Source: Gekko japonicus (taxonomy: Eukaryota). From it: 64,000 nt of DNA. Each line of letters opens with the position of its first letter. Position 1 is the stretch's first letter. The notes beneath the pieces were generated by a model. That model did not search any database and was not told where the DNA came from. It was given only the letters and a program-made list of their open reading frames with translations. This document shows positions 38,817 through 50,870 of the stretch, piece after piece. The position numbers and the translations under genes were made by a program. The DNA lies in the NCBI RefSeq assembly GCF_001447785.1, contig NW_015168688.1, positions 319,413 to 383,412 of the forward strand. The letters run 5' to 3'.

Positions 38817-39602
38817 TCAGCTTTATTCCTATAAAATCAAAATAATTCAGCACTGCAGCACTTAATTAGTATCAAGAGCTAACTAGATAAAATTATACAT
38901 GTAGAAAGGAACAGCATGCCATATTAGTAGTTCTACCATGGTCTCTCAAAGCAATCTTTTAAAGGAATTACTCGTTTTGATATATTTTAGGTAACAGTTT
39001 CCAAATGCATACCCCAAATAATGTAACAAGGCCACCAGTGCAGGAATTTCTAATATTTTAATTTTAAAATGAAAGATGTCTTTAGTAGAATGATGTACTC
39101 TTCTGTTTTTTATGTCTCAGATAAGAGAGCAAACTATCAGAAATGCAACAAAATAAAAATGAAAGGTAATCTAAAGTAATATTAGCTATTCTTGTAGTTC
39201 AAGCAGAGACCTTAAGAAGGGAATCGTGTTAATGTGCAGTGCTATAATAGCTAATATAGGAAGCAAGCCAGTACATGCATAAAATACATATCAAATAAAA
39301 AGTCTGATGAAATGCTTTAACCATAAGAGCTGCATCAGCAAAGGGCAGTGCCATACCAGCAACCCCCTCCTTCCAAGCAAGCATCATGTGCATTGCACAA
39401 TGCCTGGAGCTGACACGAAAGCAGTGCTCATTTCTCTAGTAACAACCACACCTATAACAAGCCTGTGCTGGCAATATGAGCACAATGTACAGATGTATCC
39501 TCTTCTTACTATCTGCAGGCAGGGCCAGTAGCTGTGAAAGAAAAATGGTTCCTTAGACGCCTCCCCCACTCTTGCCTTTCCTTTGCTACCTCTTGGTCAG
39601 AG

Positions 39603-39663
39603 TGTGCTGTTGCAGCTCTTTGGTATCTGAAAATATCTGAAAACAAATGTCACATTTGAAAGG
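39603..39663. repeat. Exact 61-bp duplicate of ZFX exon sequence 37653-37713
   Basis: TGTGCTGTTGCAGCTCTTTGGTATCTGAAAATATCTGAAAACAAATGTCACATTTGAAAGG at both positions. Confidence 0.97.
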
Positions 39664-40190
39664 TTAAAGCGCTTGGGGCTCCTTAGCTTGCAGAAACGAT
39701 GGCTGAGGGGTGACATGACTGAGGTTTATAAGATTATGCATGGGATAGAGCAGGTAAAGAAAGAGGTACTTTTCTCCCTTTCTCACAATACAAGAACTCG
39801 TGGGCACTCCATGAAATTGCTGAGCGGTCGGGTTAGAACAGATAAAAGGAAGTACTTCTTCACCCAAAGAGTGATTAACACATGGAATTCACTGCCACAG
39901 GAGGTGGTGGCAGCTACAAGCATGGACAGCTTCAAGAGGGAATTAGATAAGCTTATGGAGCAGAGGTCCATCGGTGGCTATTAGCCACAAGGTATAGCTA
40001 CAGAATCCGAGGCAAGTGATGCTCTGTATTCTTAGTGCTTGTGGGGGTCAACAGTGGGAGGGCTCCTAGTGTCCTGGCCCTACTGCTGGACCTCCTGATG
40101 GCATCTGGTATTTTTGGCCACTGTGTGACAGAGTGTTGGACTGGATACGCCATTGGCCTGATCCAACATTGGCTTCTCTTATGTTCTTAA
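39658..40190 (+). mobile_element. 5'-truncated CR1 LINE
   Basis: ERLKRLGLLSLQKRWLRGDMTEVYKIM...RTRGH...FFTQRVINTWNSLPQEVV; TCTTATGTTCTT tail. Confidence 0.92.
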
Positions 40191-40713
40191 CTGTTCTCCA
40201 GATGGCAGAGATCAGTTCCCCTGGATAAAATGGTGGACTCTGTGTCATTATACCCTGTTGAAGTGGTGCAGGGTCTGCCACTGGGGAAGCTGACTTGGTG
40301 CCTATTGATCTGTCCCTCCAGCTGCTCCATTCTTATAACCCCACCTGACAAAAAGCATATTTTGTAACACTGTATTCAGAATGGTATATTAAACTGCTCC
40401 AGCCTGTACCAAGAATACTCTTATATGCAAAAATGATTCCTTATCTTTCACTCCTACTATTAAAAAAATTGTTTCTGTCAGAGCTGACCTTTAAAGCCAG
40501 GATCTTCTCAATCTGAATTTTTTCAAAACATGGTGGAAAGCAGAATTTTTGAGAGCAATACAGGTTAAATACGGCAAAACAAAAATATGAATGCATCAAC
40601 TATGCTTTCTCAATTTTTTAAAATCCATCCATTGGGGGGGGGGGGGAATGCATTTCAAATTTTTTTGTCTTGACAAGCAATTATCACACTTCAATGGGTA
40701 AATTAGTATTTAC

Positions 40714-40854
40714 CTGTTTGGTATTGTCTAGATTCCAGCCTCCGCCTTTTCTTTGGTTTTTGTTTTGCTAATCTCCCAAGACCAGGAGATTCATCTATGT
40801 GCAAGAGGGCACTTGCTGTACCATTCCGGTTTTCAACTGCATCAGTGTTATTAC
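40714..40854 (-). CDS. ZFX: ZFX coding exon 6 (141 nt, basic NLS)
   Basis: NNTDAVENRNGTASALLHIDES...KQKPKKRRR...YQT; AG/GT boundaries. Confidence 0.96.
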
Positions 40855-42321
40855 CTAATAATAATAAAAAATTATATAACACCTGCATCCTGTAGAATAT
40901 TCAGAACTCTGAACTAACATGCTAATTAAATTTTAAAAACAAGATAAAGAATCAAGCACTGAAAGGGCAAATGCCTTTTAATACTCAGCATGCCGCTGAT
41001 GAGGCTTGAGATGAAAAGTAACCACACAGCAACTACCTGAGATCCAAACCTAGGGAGGTGGCTCTGGATAGCGAGCTGTTCGCTACACACATTCAAGATC
41101 CATGGATTTTATTATGCTACCATAAACCACTGATCAATAGTTCAGAGTGGCACATAGTGAAACATCATAAAATAGTCTCTTTATAGCTGCTTGTTTGCAC
41201 ACATTGGGATTAGAGCCCCTTCACATACATACAGCAGCAGGGAAGCCACTTCCATGTGGTGTGATCCAATGTTCACGTCCAATGTCACTGCTGAATGTGT
41301 GGAAATATCATGATGATATGAACTGGTTTGATAACCTAGTCTTTCAAAGCCAACTTCCACACCCTGGGAAGAAGGACAACTACTAGCCGTCAACTATCAA
41401 CCTACATGCCTGAAAGCGTCACACATGCTCCCCAGTGGCATGGACGCCATTTCCTCTGGTCTGATCAGACAACACTGGAAAGTGTGCATAACTATGGCAG
41501 CAATGTGGCTAGGACTGATTATGTGAGTCTTTGCTCTCCTACGGGAAGGGAGAAAAAGTAATGGGTGCAAACTGAATGTGCATGAAAAACAGATCTAAGG
41601 CAAGTAGTAAAATGCCAAAATTACAGGAATAGTGATGCTTCAGTATTTTTATTGTTATTGCTTAAAATTCTCAATAAAATATACTGCCTAAGTGCCAAAA
41701 ATTACAGCAGCATAATTCCTGATTCAGATTCTTTTTTGAGAACAGTGACCACCCTTGTCATCATTCATTTGCTTTTTTAAAAATAGGAACAGCCTTGCAG
41801 GAATAGTGTTTAGAAGGTCCCATGGCAGCTGCCTTTGAGAAACGGATGCCTTGTTTTCTCTTTCAATACTACAGGTGCACTTCAGAATGCCTATGGTTTA
41901 GGATTATATAACCATCATAATTTTATTTTTATTCTATTGTAAACTGCAATAATAAAACTGATATAATTTCTTCTGGAATGCAAATGACTTCTATGTATTT
42001 CTGTATACAAATTGCAGCAGAAAATATTGAGCACACTCCATCCAAGAGAAGACTCCATTAGTTTCTCCAAAAAGATATTATCAGGTGCCAAAAATCCTCA
42101 AGTTGCAATTTTCAGATGGAAGCGATTACCAACACTTTAACATTACACAAGAAAAGAAAAATCCAGCAGACTTGTTTTAATAGTTATTCTGGGTCAGAGA
42201 TGCCAGTGTTCTTCGATCTTCAGAATTTACAACACCAGCGATCATATTGTTTTATTGTTTCTGTATAAATCATTTTACTATCAACTGGAATCTTAGGATA
42301 AATTTGGATTTTATGACCTAC

Positions 42322-42456
42322 CATAGGCTGCTGCCCAAGCAATTGGCATAAAGCTTTTAATTTCACTGTCATCAATTTGCTGCTCATGAGCAGCTGCAGC
42401 ATCCTCCTCTCCTACAATGACTTCCATATAGACCTCATCAGCAATTTCTGCAACAT
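42322..42456 (-). CDS. ZFX: ZFX coding exon 5 (135 nt)
   Basis: VAEIADEVYMEVIVGEEDAAAAHEQQIDDSEIKSFMPIAWAAAY; AG/GT boundaries; follows an 85-bp intron. Confidence 0.96.
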
Positions 42457-42541
42457 CTAAGAGAAGAAGAAACTAGATGTAATTCAAATATTACCTCACT
42501 GTAAACAATCCTCTACCTCAAAATAAAGGCCACATACTTAC

Positions 42542-42685
42542 TTAAATCTTCATCTTCATGCTGAGAATCATTTACTGTCATATAAACCATTTTTTCCCTT
42601 GGAATACGAACACTGCTATTTTGATTAATTAATGTCTCCCCATGGTCATTTTCGGATTCACTTTCCATAATGTCTACTGTGCCTC
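42542..42685 (-). CDS. ZFX: ZFX coding exon 4 (144 nt)
   Basis: GTVDIMESESENDHG...PREKMVYMTVNDSQHEDEDL. Confidence 0.96.
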
Positions 42686-42820
42686 CTAAGTGTTTAAAAA
42701 AAAAGTTAGAGAAAGTATTTTGTGAGAGCATGTTTCTACTAATTTTTGATCTCTTGGACAGCTACTTGGAAAAGAACATGAGGGATAGCTGGCTAGTATC
42801 TTAACCACCACACTCTAAAC

Positions 42821-43124
42821 CAGGGGTCCCCAAACTTTTTGAGCTTGCAGGTACCTTTGGAATTCTGACACAGCATGATGGCTGCCACAGGAGATGGAGC
42901 CATCTATAAAATGACTGCCACAGCTTACCTTCAGTTCCATAGTGAAGATCTCTGTGCTGTGGTGGTAGGTACTTGCCAAAGCGACATTTGCCCAGGCAAT
43001 CAAATCTCACTTTGGTAATTAGAAGCCTTGCTAAGCAAAAGCCCCACCTGGACCCACCCACTTTCTAAAAACACTCGGCAGGCACCTAGAAAGGTGCTGG
43101 CAGGTGCCATGTTGGGGGCCAGTG
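42821..43124. mobile_element. hAT-Charlie-like MITE
   Basis: CAGGGGTCCCCAA.../..TTGGGGGCCAGTG ends; perfect 8-bp TSD CTCTAAAC (42813-42820/43125-43132). Confidence 0.88.
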
Positions 43125-43195
43125 CTCTAAACCATCTTGCCAACAGGTTCTGCAGGCAAAAATAGGCAGCAACCGTGGGACAATAGAGAATCATA

Positions 43196-44161
43196 CAGGT
43201 CCATAGCTGGGGTTTTTTTTAAATTTCGGGGGGCCTTTAAATAAGTCAGGGGGCACCCCTGTGCACCCCCCCCAAGTGTCTGTGTGTGTGTGGGTCTTTG
43301 ATGGGAGAAGGCTGTTTGGGACCTGGGGTGGGGGCAACTCCGCGAGGCCCTCATTAGACTTCCCAGTCCCGGATTGGCACCTGTGGGGTGTGGTAAAGAC
43401 CTCCCCTGCCCCCCCGGACGTGGTTCCGACAACAGCTGCGAGCAACACAACACCTGAGGAGACCCTTCCCCACTAAATGGCCCTGGAAGGGGGGGGGGAT
43501 TGTGAGACGTGCCCTTTGGCCAAAGGGCTCAACCAAAGCCAGCGCCTACTTTCCGAAGACCACTGGTGGCTTCAGAACGTGGTGGTGGGGGTCTCCTGTT
43601 CTGCATGAGGGCAGTCTGGATTTGGCCCTTGGCAAGGAGGAGAAGGAGCTGGGAGAGACACTCCCCTCCCGAGAGCCATTGAAGGCCTTTTCACAGCTGG
43701 GGGGCTGAGCAGTAACCCCCCCCCAGTTCCGTTGGCCAGAGCTGCCCCTAGCTCTGTGTGCCAGGTCCCTGCCCCCATTCCCAACTCCTGGGTGTGCCTG
43801 GAACTGGCCACAGGCCTGCAGCAAGATAATGGAGGCTTACACACAGGCCAGATCTAGGCGACTCTCGAGAAAGGTAAGCTGCAATAAGGCCTGGGAGAGG
43901 TAGCTGGGCTGGGCAGAGGACCAAGAGCTCCATGGGGCTGATGCCTCTCAGAGTTGAGGTCTAGAAGGACCGGAGAGGCAGGGCCGGAGTGCACCAGAAC
44001 ACCTTCTAATCCAGGCTTGAGCAGGAGAGGGGCTGCCGGCTGAGGACCTGAGCAAACAATGGGTCTGTGTCAGGGGGCCTGGGCTCGATGGTAAGTTGTA
44101 GGGCCTTGATGGTAAGTCAGGGGGCTGGGCCCAGAGAGGCCCCACTGTAGCTACAGGCCTG
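43196..44161. mobile_element. GC-rich non-autonomous hAT-like element (~970 bp)
   Basis: TIR CAGGTCCATAGCT / AGCTACAGGCCTG; decayed 8-bp TSD GAATCATA/GAGCCATA; related end at ~9687-9710. Confidence 0.7.
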
Positions 44162-44246
44162 GAGCCATAACTGGCCCAAGGACTTTCTTTTGGCAATCCC
44201 AAGATTAAGACTTTTATGTTTCTTTCTAAAATTGTAACTCCCTTAC

Positions 44247-44396
44247 CCAAATCATCTTCTCCAGGATCAGCTTTGAAAATATAGACTTTGATGACTTCTG
44301 GACAAATACCATCCATTTTACAAGGATCACTGTCTGACTCAGCTTTTATAGTTATTTCCCCAGAACTCTCATTTTCTGTCTTGACAGCATCATCCA
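44247..44396 (-). CDS. ZFX: ZFX coding exon 3 (150 nt)
   Basis: DDAVKTE...DPCKMDGICPEVIKVYIFKADPGEDDL; AG/GT boundaries. Confidence 0.96.
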
Positions 44397-47300
44397 CTAC
44401 AGGGAAAAACAACAACACACAAAACAGTAAACTCACCATAAACAGACTGTATTAAAACTGAAGTTTAACATTTCAATCCTTGAAATATTGAAAATTACAA
44501 CAAAATTATGTAAATCTAACCATGGAAGACATATTAGAAACTGTCCTAATAAGAGATAACAAACTAGTAAAAGGGGTTTTTTTTAATCAAGTAAGAATGT
44601 AAATTAAAAAATGCAAATACTCTCCTGCATTGTCTCACTGAAATAAAATATTCGTCCTAATTATCTCCTGGTATTGCGAAGTTGGAAGGTAGATACTGAC
44701 AGCTAATCCAGAAATTAACAAAACTATGGATACACCTAGATCTGATCTACAGCAGGTAGAGCTCTATTTGCAGCCTACCATATGCCTGGAAATCCATCTC
44801 TGGGTGTCAGATGACTCCATGGAACAGTGCTGGTTTTAGTGGGGGAGGCGGGTTCTGCAGTGGGAACAGGGAACTGGTGAAAACACCTCCCCCCACCATT
44901 TGGATTCAATACCTCCCTAATAATAAAATGTGAGTTTTGTTGTGATTTATCCTGGAACAATTATCATACTGAATAAAGAGATTCAATATGTCAGACAGCA
45001 CAAAGAGTGAATTAAACTAAAAATTCTCTGAGCAACATGCATGAATCTTAAAACAGAAATCATTCCTAATCTACTGTTCAGAGTTACCCAGATATGTGAT
45101 ATGAAGCCAAACTAGAGAGAGAGAAACAAGGCAGGAGGGAAAATTACATGCAAAACAGATGAGTATGGAGAAATCAGGCATAATTTCTCAGCCTGTTTCT
45201 TAACCTCTCCTAATTGTACATTCGCATTAAAATCAATGGTCTTAGACTGGAGTAATTCTGCATTGGCTTCAACAGTAAGTTGCTTATCTCTTGTGCTCCA
45301 CAAAGAGGTGCACAACTCAAACAGATGGGTTGCAAGGGACCTAGCCTGGGAGCTAAGTGGGCCGTCTTGTGATGGCACCTAGCTCCATTACGCTCTGTGT
45401 AACCTGGGGGGCGGTGGTGGTTAGAATACTGGCTCTCAGATATTCATTCTCAAGGCTAAACAGTGTTCTCCCATCCTCCCAATTTCTTCATTGCATTACA
45501 GAGGCTTGTGTTCGCAAGCCCCTGGGATCCAGCGGAGTAATTTCTTGCATTTGCAAGCACAGCAGAGAGCTTGCAAGGAACCTGAGGAGGGAAAGATCAA
45601 AATAAAGACTCCTAGCTGAACTCCATGTTCTTATTCTCCCACCCAGGAAGCCTCCTGCCAGGTTCCAGCATGAATGTGACAAGAGACTTTCCAGGTGAAG
45701 AACTAAAGAAGGGATCAGTAGAGCAACTCTTTGCTGGGCTGCATGTGGTCCATGGGCTATGTGCTGAGGACTCCAGATGCATACAGAGATCTCGCTTCAG
45801 CTGAAAAAAATCTAGATATTATTTTCCTGATGACGTAATATGAATACCTTGGCTCTCCAGAACGGAAAGTGAAAATGTATGGCCAAACAAACCTCTTCTG
45901 GGTGATGGGGGCAGCTGGCACAATTAGTAATCTTAGTACCAAATTACCCTTAAACTGAGAAAAGTGAGTGTAAAACCAATTGCCCTAATCTAGAAAGGGT
46001 CATCTACTAATGAAAACAGTTTTATCCTCCTAGATCTGTCCCCATTCACGCAAATGAGTTCTGCAAGTGGGCAGGGGTTAGAGTGGGAGAAAACCCTGAA
46101 TCCAGCATCAATAAAAGGATAAAACACATCTTCAGTACATGACAAGATAGTAGCAAATTATAAGGCAATTAACCTGTAAGCATTACTAATGACTAATGAG
46201 GATTTGTTACAAATAAATCATGTCAAACCATCTTAGTTGCCTTATGTAATAGACAAGGAAAATGCAAAATACAGGCAGCCCAACCTGATCTAGAGTTGTA
46301 TCTGCAGTGGCGCACATCTCTGTTGCTGCCACAACAGTTGAAGTAGCATTCCATATTAGGCAAGCTCTACACTTGCCTCATCAGCCTCCATTCCCCATTT
46401 TACCAATACCAGATTGCACTTGTATTATAGTGTCAGTGCACTGCCATACATTATCTGAAACCAAATTTTAATTGAAGTGTCAAACAAATATATATATGCA
46501 TTATATTATTTTAAAAGACACACAAATCATTTAAAAAGGTGAGATTTTATATTCCCCTGCAAAGCAGTTATTGGCTGGATTAAACTACTCCAAATGAAGC
46601 AATAACCTCTTGGCTCAAAAATCTTGTAGAACTAGTTTGGGAACCTTAAAGTAAAATATGAATAGGGATTCACTGAATATAAACTCTAGTGCGTGCTGTC
46701 ACATCAAATTATACAGAATATGCATTCTGTTACAAAACAAGACCATTTTAGATAGAAGTAAGAATTTAGAAAACATTATTATATGGGAATCCAGATACGG
46801 AAAAATCTATATATTACTAAGAGGAAATAACTGACTACCATCACCCTTCACTGTATAGATACACATAGCTTTGGAAGTGTACAAAGTTCTTTTCTTAATG
46901 AACCCACAGCTCTCATTTAGACTAATGTTTCTGTCCTATACTACTTGTCAGTTGCAATTCTGTTATGAAATATTAGTCCTAAATACTAAGTGCATAGTGT
47001 TGCACTGACCCAGATAACTCATGGGGCTCTAAATGGTTTGATGATTATGAAGGAGTTCTCCCACAGCACATCTTAATGATTCCATCCATATACCTTTTGC
47101 ACCTTTAGGTAGCTTTGAGTGCTACTGCTATAACATTTCTGAAATGTTGGCTACTGCCAGCATATTATTACCAAACCACAATGACGCAGTGACATAATGT
47201 CAACTCACAACAATGTGCTGCTACTACACTTCACGGAACCCCATCATAGCTCTTTCTGTGATGGCACATTCCAATACTTGTGCCGTAAAATGAGAAACAG

Positions 47301-47783
47301 ACTACAGCATTCCACACGATCTTTGTCAGCATTACTGATAACTAAAACTAAATTTTAAAACTAACGTTTAACACGTATGCACAAAGTATTACGCATAATG
47401 ATAATATAATAAATACTTGTTTTTATGTACTTCTGCCTTCAGGAAATAGATGCCCTTTCCCTGCTCCTCTTACCCGCCCAATCCTCCTCCTCTTGCTTCC
47501 TGGAGTCCACTGTAAGTTCTGTGGCTGAATCAGGGTGGATAAAAATCAATGATTTTTTTTTTAATTAAAACTCAGATTTTTTAAAAGATAAAATGCTTTT
47601 TGAGCAAAAACTACCTAAAGATTGCTTTGTATTTAAGATACATTATATCCCAAAGAGCTTTAATCATGAAATATGGATTAATTTTAAATTATGTAGTATG
47701 AGACTGTATATTCACATGAAGTTTAAAAAATATATAAATGAATTCTATTATTCCTTCAATGTCATGGTCTCCCAGAGGTTTCT

Positions 47784-48281
47784 CTCACTTTTTTTGTATT
47801 TTTTTATATATACGTGTGTGCGCATGACTGTGTGTCCACCTGGAAGTCATGGTGACCTCTGGTTACTGACCCCTGCTGGGGGCCTGGAGGATATTCAGAG
47901 AGGCAGCTGAATGAGGCCTGCCTCTGCCTCTGGTATTTCAAGGTTTCCCATTCAAGTACTTGCCAGTCAACCCTGCTTAGCTTCTGAGATTTGATGAGAT
48001 TGGGCGGTGTGTGGCTGCACAACATCAAGAAGCCAGACGTCATCAGCCAGCCGACAAGATGCCGTAGGAACACGACTGACCCAGCCCGCAGATGAAGCCC
48101 GGCTAGCTGCAGTGTGTGTGTAATTAATGCTGTATGTTTGTCTTCCCTATCCCCACAAATATTGTTAGTCCAACTGTCTCAAGAGTAACTGTAAATCGCT
48201 CTGAGCCCGCAGGTATGTGGGAAAGAGCGATCAATAAATCGAAAGCATTATTATTATTATTATTATCATCCAGGTCAGGGC
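47784..48281 (-). mobile_element. 5S rRNA-derived SINE interrupted by a LINE-tail fragment (~48015-48266)
   Basis: 5S-like ATCTCATCAAATCTCAGAAGCTAAGCAGGG on the minus strand; 15-bp TSD CTCCCAGAGGTTTCT (47769-47783/48282-48296). Confidence 0.8.
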
Positions 48282-48729
48282 CTCCCAGAGGTTTCTTTAA
48301 GATTATTTTGGGTAATTTTTCTATCTAGAAGACGCCATCACAAATGCTTGGTTTTGCAGTTCTCAAAAATGTGAATTTGTGTCTGAAAGATAATATGCCT
48401 CTTCTTAACAGCAAAAATGTTTTCAAATAAATACAGAGTTGAGAAAGAGACCTCAATCCTACATGCAAATCTATGTACACACAATCAACCCCTTATCTCC
48501 TAAGTGCTAAGTTTCAAGAAGTTCAATGGTGTGGAATAGATATGGATAAGGAAAAGATGTTAATTGTGATGAGGGAGGAGCAAGCAATACAAATGAAAAG
48601 TGAAACTTTTTAAGCATAATATTTCCGAAGTCTTGAGATCTTTGTAAATGTAGCCTCATCGATGTTTAAGCAGATACAAGAATACATATATGTTATTGTA
48701 ATTAGTTTAATAATAATAATCATAATAAT

Positions 48730-48969
48730 GAGGAGGAGTAGGTTTTTATACCCAGTTTTCTCTACCTTAAGGGGTCTCAAAGTGGCTTACAATCTCTTTC
48801 GCTTCCTCTCCCCACGACAGGCACCTTGAGAAGTTGGTGTAGCTGAGAGAATTCTGAGGGAACTGTGACTGGCCCAAGGTCACCCAGCAAGCTTCATGTG
48901 GAGGAGTGGGGAATCAAACCCGGTTCTCCAGACTAGAGTCCACCACTCTTAACCAGTATACCACACTGG
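48730..48969 (-). mobile_element. Squam3-like SINE (shorter subfamily)
   Basis: Family match. Confidence 0.85.
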
Positions 48970-48989
48970 TGGTGGTGGTGGTGTAATAA

Positions 48990-49425
48990 ATGGTCTGGGA
49001 CCCTCACTCCCCTGTGACTACCTCTCACAACCCCCCGCACTCCCTTCAGTCTTTGTCTAGGGGCTTCTTGCAGGTGCCTGGCCTCAGGGAGGCTCAGTTA
49101 TGTGTCACCTGTGGAAGGGTCTTATCAGTGGTGGCCCCTACCCTGTGGAATGCACTCTCGGATGACACCCGTGCCCTGCCGGACTTATTTAGTTTCTGTA
49201 GGGCATACAAAGCTGAATTGTTTAGGTTGGCCTTTGGAGGGTAACCACATGTTCGGGCTGTTTTAATATTGGTATGGTGATAGCTACATATTTTAATATT
49301 TTAATGTTAACATTTTATATTTGTTATTTGTTTTTATGGATTTTTTTACTTGATTGGTTTTAATGTTGTAAGTTGCCACGAGACCCTTCAAATGAGTGGC
49401 AACTAAAAAATCTAATAAATAAATA
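48990..49425 (+). mobile_element. L2 LINE 3' fragment
   Basis: SVVAPTLWNALSDDTRALPDL; similar to 21390-21790. Confidence 0.82.
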
Positions 49426-50188
49426 TTATTAATGACTATTTTTTCCCTTCTGATAAGGAACAGCAGAAAAGTTGTCCAAATATGAGTGATTAACCTATTA
49501 AACTGGAGATAGTTCGTCTCACAATGACTTCATAATTATATATTTCAAATAGTAAATAACCAAAGCAATAATTTTCTGATATAACTGTAAAACTAACCTG
49601 AAAGGTTATTATTTTAAAAATGAAACCTTCATATGGGTTGTAAATATTAAGGTTAAAACAACAATCAAGAATGAGCCGCTATACAGAAAACTATGGTTTA
49701 AATTGAGTCTTGCTGGCTAGTGATTTAAAATCAGTTTGATTTCAGTCAAATCCACCCTGTGCTGGATGCTTTCACTTTCTTGAGAAACTGAAACCTTCGT
49801 CAACCATAATAAATATGCTATGTTTCTAAAGCACCATGAAGGCTGCCACCTTGGATCCATCAAACGCCTTCTCTGCCAGAAATTACTTCAACTCGTCATT
49901 TAGCATCACTAAAACCTCAAAAGGATGCAATTTTAAGCAGATTTACTGGGAAGTGAGCCCCACTGAACACAGTGGAACTTACCTCCAAATAAATATGCAT
50001 AGGGAAAGGCTGTGCAGCTCCAATCCAATATACACACTTCATTGGAAGCAGACGTTATTGAACTCAGAGCAACTTATTTCAAGCAAACATGCATAGGATG
50101 AAACTGTAAAACAGAATAAGTGAAAGTTTGAATTAAGACATTTGTAAATAAAACTGTCATTTTAAAAATACTTTATCCAGAGACTTAC

Positions 50189-50758
50189 AGGAAATCATGA
50201 GATAATCTTCACAGTTGCCCTTGTCATCATCATGTCCCACAGGTATTCCACTGGCATCAATTACAGCTTCAGAGGCACAGTCTGCTACTAATACTTCTGA
50301 AACTACATCCTCTTCCAGAGAATCTGCAACAATTTCTGCTTCTACAACATTATTATGATCATGAACTACATGTTCCATATGTCCAACTTCAGGTATGTGC
50401 ATTGACTCACTAGTAAGTACATGCTCTGGTACTGACATTGCTGTTGCTGTGATCTCAGAGGATAAAACTTCATCAGGAACAGTGCAGTGTGCTAAAGACA
50501 CTTCTTCAGTGACATCAGTGTCCAGCACTGGTTCAGGTATAATAACAGTTTGAGATACATCTGTATCTTCCATGATATCTGGACAGTGAACATCTTCAAT
50601 AACAACGTCCTCAACGACATCTTGGATAACTACAGAATCTGGATCATCAGGGACAAAGTTATGAACAGTTATGTCAGAATCCTCCACATCTGACACATAT
50701 ACAGTTTCCTGTATTTCTACTACAATTTCATCTCCATTCAGATGTGTTCCATCAGCTC
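50189..50758 (-). CDS. ZFX: ZFX coding exon 2 (570 nt, acidic activation domain)
   Basis: [19 protein letters not shown]...[22 protein letters not shown]...CEDYLMIS; ttcag|G and T|gtaagt. Confidence 0.97.
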
Positions 50759-50870
50759 CTGAAATACACAAAAGTAACAAAAATTACTGTACCAGCATAG
50801 CCCAAAATTTCATAAAAATCCTTAATATTTATTTATCAGTACAGGGATAGCTTTAATTTGTTTAGCACAC

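Larger units (their letters stand above)
47531..49759. mobile_element. hAT (Tip100/Zaphod-like) element with nested SINE and L2 insertions
   Basis: TIR CAGGGTGGAT.../...ATCCACCCTG; decayed 8-bp TSD GGCTGAAT/TGCTGGAT. Confidence 0.75.

Noticed and set aside
45100-45950. Fragmented minus-strand peptides resembling a LINE 5'/ORF1 region
   Set aside because: No diagnostic motif I can name; too weak to list as a feature
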